38,552 nucleotides of DNA from a virus: the IMG/VR virus record IMGVR_UViG_3300028831_000592, positions 1 through 38,552 of that record. The stretch is one strand, 5' to 3'. How positions within the stretch are numbered: the stretch's first letter is position 1; the number at the start of each line of letters is the position of its first letter. The notes under the pieces were generated by a model. It made no database searches, had not been told where the DNA came from, and saw only the letters and a list, made by a program, of their open reading frames with translations. Positions 7,670 through 16,098 of this stretch are shown here, piece after piece. The translations under genes and the position numbers were made by a program.

Positions 7670-7686
7670 TATAATTATGATATAAT
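7670..7686 (+). promoter_or_regulatory. Rightward promoter candidates for the middle/late operon
   Basis: TATAAT at 7670..7675, and TGaTATAAT (extended -10) at 7678..7686. No good -35 is present. AGGGAG and the ATG at 7711 follow. Confidence 0.45.
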
Positions 7687-7710
7687 ATTTCTATTTAGGG
7701 AGATTTTTGT

Positions 7711-7980
7711 ATGGAAGCTATCCGTAAAGGCTACGGCATGAAAGAAGACGAAAGGCTTTGTATCCGCTGCTATGGCCGAAAAAGGCTATATAAAGCTATG
7801 GGAGGCTGGAGCTTTTCTGATATGGGCGGTGCGTTAGCTGACTGTCCTATGTGCCTTGGCGAGGGTAAGATAAAGAAGGTGCCAGCTGAGGAGCTTTTTA
7901 AAGATGAAGAGAAAGAGGAGATAAAAGATGCCAAAAAAGCCAGACGAAAAGTGCCCAAAAAGTACGAAAAAGACTATTGA
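7711..7980 (+). CDS. Zinc-ribbon protein (CxxC ... CxxC) with a basic K/E tail
   Basis: CIRCYGRKRLY ... CPMCLGEGKI in an 89-aa ORF. Confidence 0.55.
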   Translation: MEAIRKGYGMKEDERLCIRCYGRKRLYKAMGGWSFSDMGGALADCPMCLGEGKIKKVPAEELFKDEEKEEIKDAKKARRKVPKKYEKDY

Positions 7981-8641
7981 AGGTTCTAAGCTTACTTCTA
8001 ACGGGCAGCCAATAGAGGAATTCGAAAGAACCAAAAGATTTCTCACGAAGCTCGTAAGTGAAGGGAAGCCTAAGAAGGAAAAGAATCCAAAAAGGGTTAA
8101 TGCGCCTTATAATTTGGCAAAGAAAGAAGAGTGCAGAAAATACAGAGAAGAAGTTTTGGAATCTGCTAAGCCAAAGGCAAAAATGGGAGCCCCTACCCTA
8201 TATAATGAAGAAATTGCCGATTACATTATCAATCGAGTTGCCTCATCAAAAGCAGGATTACACGTTCTATGCAAGGTCGATCCAAAGATGCCATGCCAGG
8301 ACACAATCAATGAATGGCGTTGGAAATACCCTGACTTCTCCGCAAGATACTTGTTAGCTAAACAACATCAATCCCACCTAATGGCTGAATATTGTGAGGA
8401 ACTTTCAGATGAGAAAGCTACCTATCTAGATGTCACAGGGCAAGAAAAAGTGGACCCTGGTTACATACAGCACCAAAGACTTCGCATTGATACGAGAAAA
8501 TGGTACGCTTCTAAAGTTGCACCTGCATCGTATGGAGATAGAAAGTTAGTGGAAGACCTTAAGAATGATAATGAAACGATTAAAGCAGATCTAATGGCGA
8601 TTAAAGCTGATCTAGATGAGAAGAATAAGAAGGAGTACTGA
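7928..8641 (+). CDS. terS: Terminase small subunit (HTH type)
   Basis: APTLYNEEIADYIINRVASSKAGLHVLC...MPCQDTINEWRWKYPDFSARYLLAK...RLRIDTRKWYASKVAPASYGDRK matches the widespread TerS pattern as I recall it (tYtpEia..I..G.sl..iC..mP...t...W....eF...Y..A ... R.riD.rKW...K..Pk.YGdk). The start is uncertain: ATG at 7928 or the Met at aa 86. Confidence 0.65.
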   Translation: MPKKPDEKCPKSTKKTIEGSKLTSNGQPIEEFERTKRFLTKLVSEGKPKKEKNPKRVNAPYNLAKKEECRKYREEVLESAKPKAKMGAPTLYNEEIADYIINRVASSKAGLHVLCKVDPKMPCQDTINEWRWKYPDFSARYLLAKQHQSHLMAEYCEELSDEKATYLDVTGQEKVDPGYIQHQRLRIDTRKWYASKVAPASYGDRKLVEDLKNDNETIKADLMAIKADLDEKNKKEY

Positions 8642-8778
8642 TGCTGATTGATACCGCTTACGCATGCCTTTTATATTCAGCCTCTATTACCCTTGTTCTT
8701 TTTGGGGTGGCGTGCTTTATGTCTTTCATTAGTTCCTGGATTAGCGATAGAAAAATGGACAAAAGGATGGATGAATAA
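8641..8778 (+). CDS. Small membrane protein, 45 aa (MLIDTAYACLLYSASITLVLFGVACFMSFISSWISDRKMDKRMDE)
   Basis: Hand translation. An AAGGAG RBS is present. TGATG and TAATG overlaps join it to its neighbours. Confidence 0.45.
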   Translation: MLIDTAYACLLYSASITLVLFGVACFMSFISSWISDRKMDKRMDE

Positions 8779-9242
8779 TGCAAGATGATACCGTTTGCCC
8801 AAGAGAAGGACAAGAACCTTATACCCCTACTGATGAAGAAATATTGCACGCTACAGAACAATTTGAAGTATTAGATGACTCTAGATATGACGATGATTAT
8901 ATTGAGATGCACTCAACGTACTACAGGAATCATATGAGAGTTTTCAAATGGTTTAAGGAACAATATGAAATATATAAAGAATGTTTAATTCGGGCTTGGA
9001 GAAAAGAAACGATTCTCCTTGAAAGAATAAAATGGTTAGAGATAGAAAAAATAGAACTAGAAGAACAAGAAGAAATACTAATGAAACAAGAAATCATAGA
9101 AAAGGCAATTACCGCCATGGCTAAAGCCGTTGATGATTTAGAAGCGAAAAACGAGAAGATCCTAGCTCTGAGCATCGAGGTAGAAAAACTAAAGTTTGAG
9201 GTTAAAGAGCTCAATGAATATATAAAGAGTCAGGAGTATTGA
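8778..9242 (+). CDS. Coiled-coil protein, function unknown
   Basis: A 154-aa ORF whose C-terminal half is heptad-like and E/K/L/I-rich. Confidence 0.55.
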   Translation: MQDDTVCPREGQEPYTPTDEEILHATEQFEVLDDSRYDDDYIEMHSTYYRNHMRVFKWFKEQYEIYKECLIRAWRKETILLERIKWLEIEKIELEEQEEILMKQEIIEKAITAMAKAVDDLEAKNEKILALSIEVEKLKFEVKELNEYIKSQEY

Positions 9243-9442
9243 TGAATTGTCCAAATAACGCTTTAGAAGAACTGCAATTAAAGTATGAGCAATTAGCCAG
9301 CGCGATGGATCACTATAAGTTGATCATTTTTTTAATGCATAAACTCCTAGAAGAACTCCATGAAGCACACAGCGAGTCGAGGTTTAAGCTTTTAAAGGAA
9401 AAATTAGATTTTATGATGGACGAAGTTGAAAAATATCAATAA
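9239..9442 (+). CDS. Small helical protein
   Basis: A 67-aa ORF with an ATGA overlap to the previous gene. Confidence 0.5.
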   Translation: MMNCPNNALEELQLKYEQLASAMDHYKLIIFLMHKLLEELHEAHSESRFKLLKEKLDFMMDEVEKYQ

Positions 9443-9445
9443 AAA

Positions 9446-9661
9446 ATGAAGCTATCTAGATGGATGGTAGGAATGACCGATTTCTCAAAGGATGGATATG
9501 AAACCTACCTATCTTACTGTCCTTTTCATGAAGAGAACACCTCTTCTTTCTTTATAGATGGAAGAACAGGGCGATACTATTGTCTGAGTTGTGGAGAGTG
9601 CGGAGAAGTGGGTAACGTTATCTATCTGAGATATACAAAATGGCCAAAAATTGAATGGTAA
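9446..9661 (+). CDS. Stand-alone CHC2 (primase-type) zinc-finger protein
   Basis: CPFHEENTSSFFIDGRTGRYYCLSCGECG matches CPFHxExxPSFxV....CFxCGxxG. There is no TOPRIM or polymerase domain. Confidence 0.6.
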   Translation: MKLSRWMVGMTDFSKDGYETYLSYCPFHEENTSSFFIDGRTGRYYCLSCGECGEVGNVIYLRYTKWPKIEW

Positions 9662-9854
9662 ACTAAAAATGAGACTAAAAGAATATGAAGCACATGAAAC
9701 AGCAGGAGAACTTGGCAAGACCCTACTTAGAATCATAGAAAGTATACATGAGCTTGATGATAATCTAGCTTGGGCCATGGATCAAATAAGCGATGTAAAA
9801 GATAGTATAAAAGATATTGAAAAGTCTCTTGAGAAGGCAGTATTCCATGATTAA
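9651..9854 (+). CDS. Small acidic helical protein
   Basis: A 67-aa ORF. An alternative start exists at 9669. Confidence 0.45.
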   Translation: MNGKLKMRLKEYEAHETAGELGKTLLRIIESIHELDDNLAWAMDQISDVKDSIKDIEKSLEKAVFHD

Positions 9855-10146
9855 AGTCGGGACTTACGTGCAGTGTGCTCACCTCTTCTATCAATATGAA
9901 GAGATGCTTCACAAGAACTTAGACAGAAAGCCAAGTGATGAGGAGCTAGCCTGTGGGCTAAACATAAAGCCCCGAATGTGCCAAGCAATCAAACTGCGCT
10001 TCGATAAGCATGGGGTGGTTAAGCTGAGGCTCATAGTTGTGGCAGAGCGAATGGGCATAAGCGTAGAAAGAGTCAGACAGCTCATAGGTATTGGACTAAG
10101 ACAAGTCAGACGACAGATAGCGGAGAATAGGAAAGAATGGCTATAG
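9847..10146 (+). CDS. Sigma-70 region 3/4-like protein, a candidate late-transcription factor
   Basis: ERMGISVERVRQLIGIGLRQVRRQI resembles sigma region 4.2 (lgvSreRVRQie..ALrkLR). I prefer the Met at 9847, which makes an ATGA overlap with the upstream stop. Confidence 0.55.
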   Translation: MIKVGTYVQCAHLFYQYEEMLHKNLDRKPSDEELACGLNIKPRMCQAIKLRFDKHGVVKLRLIVVAERMGISVERVRQLIGIGLRQVRRQIAENRKEWL

Positions 10147-10397
10147 ATAGGAAGCATTTTAGAAGTAATCAAATCTCACAAGCACGGGAAGAATGCCACG
10201 ACCTATTAAAAAAGCTGAATAAGGTTTATACCTATGGAAGTAGAACCACAAATTCATACAATAGTATCTATAGCCATCTTCATAAGATACAGGAATTAAT
10301 TGACTACGCATTTGACGTAAAAGTTAAAATCCGCGTTCAGAAAGACTTGAGGAAGGTTATAGAGGACGTGATGAAAATTGGATATGACGAGTTATGA
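10137..10397 (+). CDS. Hypothetical protein
   Basis: An 86-aa ORF that overlaps both neighbours, consistent with a coupled operon. Confidence 0.5.
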   Translation: MAIDRKHFRSNQISQAREECHDLLKKLNKVYTYGSRTTNSYNSIYSHLHKIQELIDYAFDVKVKIRVQKDLRKVIEDVMKIGYDEL

Positions 10398-10933
10398 AGA
10401 GAAAAATATTATACGAGGGGACAGGCTCCCAAAGGTATGTAAGAATATTTAAGCCAAACTTTGAGGATAGATACCGCCTGTTTCAGGTGCCTTGCAAAAT
10501 TTCATACTTAGTTAATTTTAAAGATAAAGAGGAAACGATGACAAAGCAAGAAAAAATAGACGCCCTTAGAAAAGAAATGCGCCAAAAGTACGAGGCCTTT
10601 GACGAATCCCCTACTCTCAATCCTTCTGATATTGAGGATGCTAAATCTTGGATATCATTTCGGGCTGAGTGCGAGAATGAAGCCCATGTATCAGATATGT
10701 GCCACGAAATACCAACCAAGCTGGCTTACAAAATGTATGAAGACATTAACAATCGACCTGGTGAGTATGAAGTCTTCTGCTTCGTGAAACGTGTAGGCGA
10801 CATAGATACGTCAGAAGCAGGTGAAGAGCGTAGAAAAAAAGTACATGAATTCAACAAGCAGATGCATAAATATGTTCAGGTTGAGCTTGCTAAGATAGAG
10901 CTCGAGTTTGCAGAAAAAGAAGCAACCCAATAA
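10394..10933 (+). CDS. Hypothetical protein
   Basis: A 179-aa ORF. An alternative start at the internal MTKQEKI is preceded by AAAGAGGAAA. Confidence 0.55.
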   Translation: MKRKILYEGTGSQRYVRIFKPNFEDRYRLFQVPCKISYLVNFKDKEETMTKQEKIDALRKEMRQKYEAFDESPTLNPSDIEDAKSWISFRAECENEAHVSDMCHEIPTKLAYKMYEDINNRPGEYEVFCFVKRVGDIDTSEAGEERRKKVHEFNKQMHKYVQVELAKIELEFAEKEATQ

Positions 10934-10944
10934 AGGAGAAAGTC

Positions 10945-11154
10945 ATGGAAGATTACAAAGACGATGCAGTACATATAGACACGAAGTATGCCATTTTAGT
11001 AGCTAGAAGGATTATAACTGACTTACAGTTCCTAGATAAGGTTAGAGCGCCTCTTCGACCAGAACTCTACGAAAGGGAGCGTGAGAGTATACAGCAAGTT
11101 AAAAGTGGGATATCAAAGTTAGACGAGCTATTTGCGGGTATGAACTTCGCATGA
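10945..11154 (+). CDS. Hypothetical protein
   Basis: A 69-aa ORF with AAAGGAG upstream. Confidence 0.5.
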   Translation: MEDYKDDAVHIDTKYAILVARRIITDLQFLDKVRAPLRPELYERERESIQQVKSGISKLDELFAGMNFA

Positions 11155-11172
11155 TGGCTTAAGGAGGGATAA

Positions 11173-11346
11173 ATGGGCATGTTCTGTAACTGCGAAGACC
11201 GATACTTAAAACTATTAGAAGCCATGATGGACTACAGTTCCATTCAGCTTAAGATAGCAGAAGCTATCCATGAGATAAGAATATCCGTAGCAAGAATTGA
11301 GAAACATATGAAATTGGAGTGTAAAAATAAAAATGTTAACCAATGA
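11173..11346 (+). CDS. Small protein, 57 aa (MGMFCNCEDRYLKLLEAMMDYSSIQLKIAEAIHEIRISVARIEKHMKLECKNKNVNQ)
   Basis: Hand translation, with an AAGGAGGG RBS. Confidence 0.45.
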   Translation: MGMFCNCEDRYLKLLEAMMDYSSIQLKIAEAIHEIRISVARIEKHMKLECKNKNVNQ

Positions 11347-11482
11347 AGAATTGAATTATGCCATTCAAGACAGAAGGTTAGATCAAGATCTAAAAGATTT
11401 TGCAAAGATGATATTGGACCAAGCAGAAATTATGAGGGAGATAGAAAAGATAGCTCATGAAGAAAATAACAAGCATAGATGA
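11333..11482 (+). CDS. Small protein, 49 aa (MLTNEELNYAIQDRRLDQDLKDFAKMILDQAEIMREIEKIAHEENNKHR)
   Basis: Hand translation. It overlaps the previous ORF. Confidence 0.35.
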   Translation: MLTNEELNYAIQDRRLDQDLKDFAKMILDQAEIMREIEKIAHEENNKHR

Positions 11483-11489
11483 AATTGAA

Positions 11490-11630
11490 ATGACAGGAAC
11501 CCATGATGAAAAAGTAGTTAAGTTTTTACAGTTTATAGCTTTTGCTGTTATACAGGTAGATTATAAACTCGATAGAATTGAAGATGAACTGAAAGACTGG
11601 CCTAAAGACTATTCAGGTGAAGTATTTTAA
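11490..11630 (+). CDS. Small protein, 46 aa (MTGTHDEKVVKFLQFIAFAVIQVDYKLDRIEDELKDWPKDYSGEVF)
   Basis: Hand translation. Its stop abuts the next ATG. Confidence 0.35.
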   Translation: MTGTHDEKVVKFLQFIAFAVIQVDYKLDRIEDELKDWPKDYSGEVF

Positions 11631-11867
11631 ATGACAAAAGAACATATATTCTCAATACCCATAAAAGACCTACCAGCCAGATTCCTTCTTGAACAGGCTA
11701 GGCGCGATGGAGATGAAAAGTTTTTACAGGAAATAAAAGACAGAGTAATTGAAGAGGATGCTATAGAAATTGAAGATTTAAATACCGAGATTGAATCTCT
11801 TGAGGAATATATAATTTTTTTAGAGAAGCGTCTTGCTAAGTTAGTCTCAGATAAAGATGAAAATTGA
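11631..11867 (+). CDS. Small acidic protein coupled to the ancestral terL start
   Basis: A 78-aa ORF. Its stop overlaps the ATG at 11857 of the truncated terL 5' copy. Confidence 0.5.
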   Translation: MTKEHIFSIPIKDLPARFLLEQARRDGDEKFLQEIKDRVIEEDAIEIEDLNTEIESLEEYIIFLEKRLAKLVSDKDEN

Positions 11868-11979
11868 CCTAGATAAAGAATCAATGGTCTCTGAGCTTCA
11901 AGGTAGCCTTCTTGAGTTCTGCAAAGTTTTCTATCCCCTCCTCACTGGGCGGGATTTTTATGGACAAGGAAGTTCGTAA
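11857..11979 (+). pseudogene. Truncated duplicate of the terL 5' end (MKIDLDKESMVSELQGSLLEFCKVFYPLLTGRDF then 6 unrelated aa and a stop)
   Basis: Apart from residue 2 (K vs H), the first 34 codons match the start of the full-length terL at 12225. Residues 6-34 are encoded by the near-identical 86-bp repeat. Confidence 0.75.
11872..11957 (+). repeat. 86-bp direct repeat, copy 1 (one mismatch to 12240..12325)
   Basis: Direct alignment at an offset of 368 bp. The only mismatch is 11880 a versus 12248 g. Confidence 0.9.
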
Positions 11980-12241
11980 GGAAAAATTAACAATGAAAAT
12001 TAAGTCTGACAAAAACATAAATGATTTTCTGACAGGTATTGAAGTAGAAGATAAACTTAGAAAGCTAATTCTTTATGGATCACGTATTAATTTTTCGTGT
12101 GTTCAGATGCTGTCTAATCCACAATACCGAGATCTTACTGAAATTCTATTTAATCTTGAATTGATTAAAAATGTAACCAATACCTTAATGAAAATTCATG
12201 ACGATAATGTAGAACAGTATATAAATGCACATAGATCTTGA
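11960..12241 (+). CDS. AT-rich inserted gene (93 aa) between the duplicated terL 5' ends, function unknown
   Basis: The ATG lies 3 nt after the end of repeat copy 1. The stop overlaps the terL start at 12225. The sequence is visibly more AT-rich than its flanks. Confidence 0.5.
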   Translation: MDKEVRKEKLTMKIKSDKNINDFLTGIEVEDKLRKLILYGSRINFSCVQMLSNPQYRDLTEILFNLELIKNVTNTLMKIHDDNVEQYINAHRS

Positions 12242-13790
12242 TAAAGAGTCAATGGTCTCTGAGCTTCAAGGTAGCCTTCTTGAGTTCTGCAAAGTTTTCT
12301 ATCCCCTCCTCACTGGGCGGGATTTCATAATATCAACACCGCTAGGGAGGGAGCCTCATGCGATTACGATCTCGCGTGCGCTTACGAGAGCAGCGCGTTT
12401 ACAAATTCCGAGTCAACGACTCCTCATCGCGGTGCCCCCAGGGCACGGTAAAAGCACGTTTCTGGCTCTTTGGGTTGCTTGGACTCTTAGCATTTATCCT
12501 GACAGTCGTTATTTGTATATTAGCTATTCAAAGTCTCTTGCAGCTAAGCATACTGAAACTATTAAGCGCATTATTAGCCTTAGGCATTATCAGTATCTTT
12601 TTGACGTGTCTATACGACATGATTCGAAGGCGAAAGAGTTCTTCCAAACCAACCACGGCGGCTCCATAGCAGCTTTTGGGTCAGGAGGTGCTATAGTAGG
12701 GCAAGATGGAGGACTTCCAGGGCTGGATAGGTTCTCAGGGGCCGTTATAGTCGATGACCCGCACAAGATAGACGAGGCCCACTCGGATACCATTCGACAG
12801 AGCGTTATTGAGAATTATAGAGAGACCATACAGCAAAGAGCAAGGGGCGTGAACGTTCCCTACATATACATAGGACAGCGGGTCCATGAAGCAGACCTTG
12901 CAGCGTATCTTCTGGACGGGAAAGATGGCTACTCATGGGAGAGAGTCATCCTAAAGAGCATAGACGATGCCGGAAATGCCCTCTACCCAGAGGCATTTCC
13001 GCTTGAGTCATTATTGATTAAGCAAGAGCGTGATCCGTACGTATTCGCATCCCAATTCCAACAGAACCCAATACCCGCAGGGGGTGGCCTATTCAAGCCT
13101 GAATGGTTTGTTGTCTTGCCTAGAGAGCCTGATATCCTATTCACATTCCTAACCTGCGATACAGCCGAGACCTCAAAGAGTTGGAATGATGCCACGAGCT
13201 TCTGTTTCTGGGGAGTCTATGAGATTGAGAACTTCGGAAGAAAGACGGGGGAACTTGGGCTCCACTGGTTAGACTGTATGGAGATTAGGGTTGAGCCCAA
13301 GGACCTTAGGGACCAGTTTATCATATTCTACAGTGACTGTTGCCGGCATAAGGTCCCTCCCCTCATGGCAGCGATAGAGAAGAAATCCACTGGTGTTACG
13401 CTTATCTCCATTCTAAAAGAAATCAGAGGGCTGACTATAAGGGAGATAGAAAGGACCAGGGCATCAGGCAGCAAGACGCAGCGCTTTCTTGAAATTCAGC
13501 CCTACATAGCCTCAAAATACGTATCCTTTACTGAGGGTGCATCTCACGTAACCATGTGCATTGACCATATGACGAAAATCACGGCAAACGAATCTCATCG
13601 CCATGACGATATCGCAGATTGCGCCTGTGATGCTATAAGACTGGCGCTTATTGATAAAACGGTATACAGTATAGATAAGAAAGATAACACACGCAGTGCT
13701 ATCTTAAGTGAGCTCAACAGGAAGTTGGGTGACAAAATAACAGCAGGGAACGCTAGATATGACGAAAGAGGTAGCGGCTCGCTACGGTGA
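12225..13790 (+). CDS. terL: Terminase large subunit
   Basis: Walker A VPPGHGKST and Walker B VIVDDPHK are present. The C-terminal nuclease-like motifs are LTCDTAET and HDDIADCACDA. The protein is 521 aa and lies directly upstream of the portal gene. Confidence 0.9.
   Translation: MHIDLDKESMVSELQGSLLEFCKVFYPLLTGRDFIISTPLGREPHAITISRALTRAARLQIPSQRLLIAVPPGHGKSTFLALWVAWTLSIYPDSRYLYISYSKSLAAKHTETIKRIISLRHYQYLFDVSIRHDSKAKEFFQTNHGGSIAAFGSGGAIVGQDGGLPGLDRFSGAVIVDDPHKIDEAHSDTIRQSVIENYRETIQQRARGVNVPYIYIGQRVHEADLAAYLLDGKDGYSWERVILKSIDDAGNALYPEAFPLESLLIKQERDPYVFASQFQQNPIPAGGGLFKPEWFVVLPREPDILFTFLTCDTAETSKSWNDATSFCFWGVYEIENFGRKTGELGLHWLDCMEIRVEPKDLRDQFIIFYSDCCRHKVPPLMAAIEKKSTGVTLISILKEIRGLTIREIERTRASGSKTQRFLEIQPYIASKYVSFTEGASHVTMCIDHMTKITANESHRHDDIADCACDAIRLALIDKTVYSIDKKDNTRSAILSELNRKLGDKITAGNARYDERGSGSLR
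12240..12325 (+). repeat. 86-bp direct repeat, copy 2
   Basis: See copy 1. Confidence 0.9.
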
Positions 13791-15918
13791 GCGTCTTAAA
13801 GACTTAAAGGAAACGGTCGAAAAGGCGAATGAGTACTTCAAAGAGAACGTAAATCGATATAACGACTTCGTTAACTTTGTGTTCAATACCTCAATGAACC
13901 AACAAGAGGTTGCCGCGCTTCTCAATACCGGACGCCCTACTCTTGAGTTCAATATACTGGAGGCCTATATAAGCCGACTACGTGGTGAGTTCGCAAAACA
14001 GCAGCCTTCCATCATGGTGAGAGCCGCCGACGGTGTCCCCCTATCCTCCTTAACGCCCGCATTTACAGAAACCCTAAAGGTCCTTGAAGGCCACTTAGGC
14101 TCCATATTCTCAGAATCTGCCAATGACATGCTTGCCTATAACGTCTACACTGACTTATTGGCTGGTGGCTTTTCGGCAGTTAAAGTTTTCACCGAATATG
14201 TAAACGAGATGTCATTTGAGCAAAAGGTATGCGTTGAGCGAGTCTTCGACCCTACCCTATGCTTCTTTGACCCGTTAGCACGAGAATCTCACAAGGGCGA
14301 TGGACGCTTTTGTGGAGAAGTAAGCCCAATGACTCGAGAAGCTTTTGAGGAGCAGTACGGCAAGGACGCCACTTCCTCTATGAATTTTACTCGCTCGCTG
14401 TCAGGCTTTAGTTGGTCCTTTACGAATGAAAAAGAGGACATCGTTTTAGTCTGTGACTTTTACGAAAAGAAAAAGAAAAAGGAAAAAATTGTTAAGCTCT
14501 CCAATGGTCATACGGTCACCGAGAAATCTTACAAAAAATTCCTGAAGGAATGGGAGGAAGGAGGCTTTATTGAGCAGCCTCCTATTCCGGTGGGTGAGCC
14601 TAGGATGACCACCATAGAAACCATCTGCCGGTATCGCTTCTGCGAAACGCGCGTGTTGGAATATGTCGAGACAGACTATAAGTATCTCCCCATTATATTT
14701 GTCGATGGTAACTCAATCACCATAACCAAATCCGGCTCCTCTAGCCAGATGACGAGGCCCTATGTGTATCATGCAAAGGGGCTTCAGAGGCTGAAAAATT
14801 ATGCCGGGCAATCCCTTGCAAATGAGTTGGAAAATACAATTCAACACAAATTCATAGTAGCCATCGAATCTATCCCAGAAGACTATCAAACAGCTTACCA
14901 AAATGTGCAAAAGGCAGATACTTTGGTTTACAATCATTTTCTGGACGCTCGCAACCCCGATGTACAACTCCCTCCCCCTCGTGAGGTTAATCGTACCCCC
15001 ATACCTCCAGAAATCCCCAATACGTTTAGAATGAGCGACGAAATGACACAGGTGATTCTGGGGTCGTATGATGGAGCCGCAGGTGTCGCTCAGGACAACC
15101 TAAGTGGAATAGCCTTCGCACGCTCAGCCCTACAAAGCAATAACGCATCGATGCCTTATATTATCGGTTACATTAAGGGCTTAAACCGCGTAGCCCAGCT
15201 TGTAATCGATTTAATTCCTAAGTACTACCGTACCCCTAGGACCCTACCAATCATGCTTCCTGATGGAAAGCGCTCGCATATAGAGATAAACAAAAAGGGC
15301 TCTCTCTATATGAACTACGACCCTAACTCGCTTGAGGTTAAGGTTGAGGTCGGCGTTAACTTCGCAATGCAGAAGGAAATTGCACTTAATACCATGATTG
15401 CCATGACAAGAGCTTCTCCCCTCTTCGCTGAATTCATTGGCCAACAAGGATTGCAACTCTGGCTGGATAATATTGATATCCGAGGCATTGAAGGGCTTAA
15501 AGAAAAAGCAGTTCAATTCGAGAAGCAACAAATGCAAAAAGCTCAACAAGCTCAAATGCAAGAAATGCAAATGCAACAAGCTCAGATACAGCAGATGCAA
15601 CAGCAAGCTCAAATCGAACAGCAAAAAGCCCAGCTTGAAATGCAGCAATTCCAAAGAACGATGCAATCTCCAACTATTGAAGAGCTTGGCCTTATGTCCA
15701 TACAAGAGAAAGCCAAGCTGGATGCAGCCAATGTAGCTATTAAAGAGCGAGATTCAGAAACCAAGTTTGTAGAGGCCATGGCCAAGATTGAACTACAAGG
15801 CCTTGAGCTTGATCAAAAGGCAGCTCAGCAGGACGCTGAAACTGCAAGAGAAGTCATCAGAGATATCAAAGACATGTCTGATACCTTTGAGCGCGTAAAC
15901 CAAAATAAGGAGAAATGA
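13759..15918 (+). CDS. Portal protein (P22 gp1-like) with a Q-rich C-terminal coiled-coil barrel
   Basis: The 719-aa protein follows terL. Its architecture and local motifs resemble the P22 portal as I recall it. The C-terminus reads QQMQKAQQAQMQEMQMQQAQIQQMQQQAQIEQQKAQ. Confidence 0.85.
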   Translation: MTKEVAARYGERLKDLKETVEKANEYFKENVNRYNDFVNFVFNTSMNQQEVAALLNTGRPTLEFNILEAYISRLRGEFAKQQPSIMVRAADGVPLSSLTPAFTETLKVLEGHLGSIFSESANDMLAYNVYTDLLAGGFSAVKVFTEYVNEMSFEQKVCVERVFDPTLCFFDPLARESHKGDGRFCGEVSPMTREAFEEQYGKDATSSMNFTRSLSGFSWSFTNEKEDIVLVCDFYEKKKKKEKIVKLSNGHTVTEKSYKKFLKEWEEGGFIEQPPIPVGEPRMTTIETICRYRFCETRVLEYVETDYKYLPIIFVDGNSITITKSGSSSQMTRPYVYHAKGLQRLKNYAGQSLANELENTIQHKFIVAIESIPEDYQTAYQNVQKADTLVYNHFLDARNPDVQLPPPREVNRTPIPPEIPNTFRMSDEMTQVILGSYDGAAGVAQDNLSGIAFARSALQSNNASMPYIIGYIKGLNRVAQLVIDLIPKYYRTPRTLPIMLPDGKRSHIEINKKGSLYMNYDPNSLEVKVEVGVNFAMQKEIALNTMIAMTRASPLFAEFIGQQGLQLWLDNIDIRGIEGLKEKAVQFEKQQMQKAQQAQMQEMQMQQAQIQQMQQQAQIEQQKAQLEMQQFQRTMQSPTIEELGLMSIQEKAKLDAANVAIKERDSETKFVEAMAKIELQGLELDQKAAQQDAETAREVIRDIKDMSDTFERVNQNKEK

Positions 15919-15919
15919 A

Positions 15920-16096
15920 ATGAAAGGTAAGATGAGCAACAAATGGGTGGCTAACAAGGATTGTGGTGAGAAAGCTTCAGTCGCTGTAAGCCGCGTCAGA
16001 GACGTTAACAAGGACCCTCTAAAGCACTCCGATATGGGTAAAAACCCTCAGGATAAAGGCCAGAAGATGGGCATCCACAAGAATGGGCAGAAATAA
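15920..16096 (+). CDS. Small basic protein, 58 aa (MKGKMSNKWVANKDCGEKASVAVSRVRDVNKDPLKHSDMGKNPQDKGQKMGIHKNGQK)
   Basis: Hand translation. An AAGGAGA RBS is present. It fills the gap after the portal gene. Confidence 0.45.
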   Translation: MKGKMSNKWVANKDCGEKASVAVSRVRDVNKDPLKHSDMGKNPQDKGQKMGIHKNGQK

Positions 16097-16098
16097 CC

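Noticed and set aside
7928-7945. Poly-A run (CCAAAAAAGCC) at the overlap of 7711-7980 and 7928-8641, considered as a programmed frameshift site
   Set aside because: The downstream frame is +1 relative to the upstream one, and the heptamer is not in the X XXY YYZ phase for a -1 slip. An independent ATG at 7928 is the simpler explanation.
15244-15736. ORFs 15244-15705 (-) and 15437-15736 (+), and an apparent caa/atg/cag repetition
   Set aside because: They are alternative-frame readings of the Q-rich portal C-terminus. The repetition is codon-level low complexity, not a discrete tandem repeat or separate gene.
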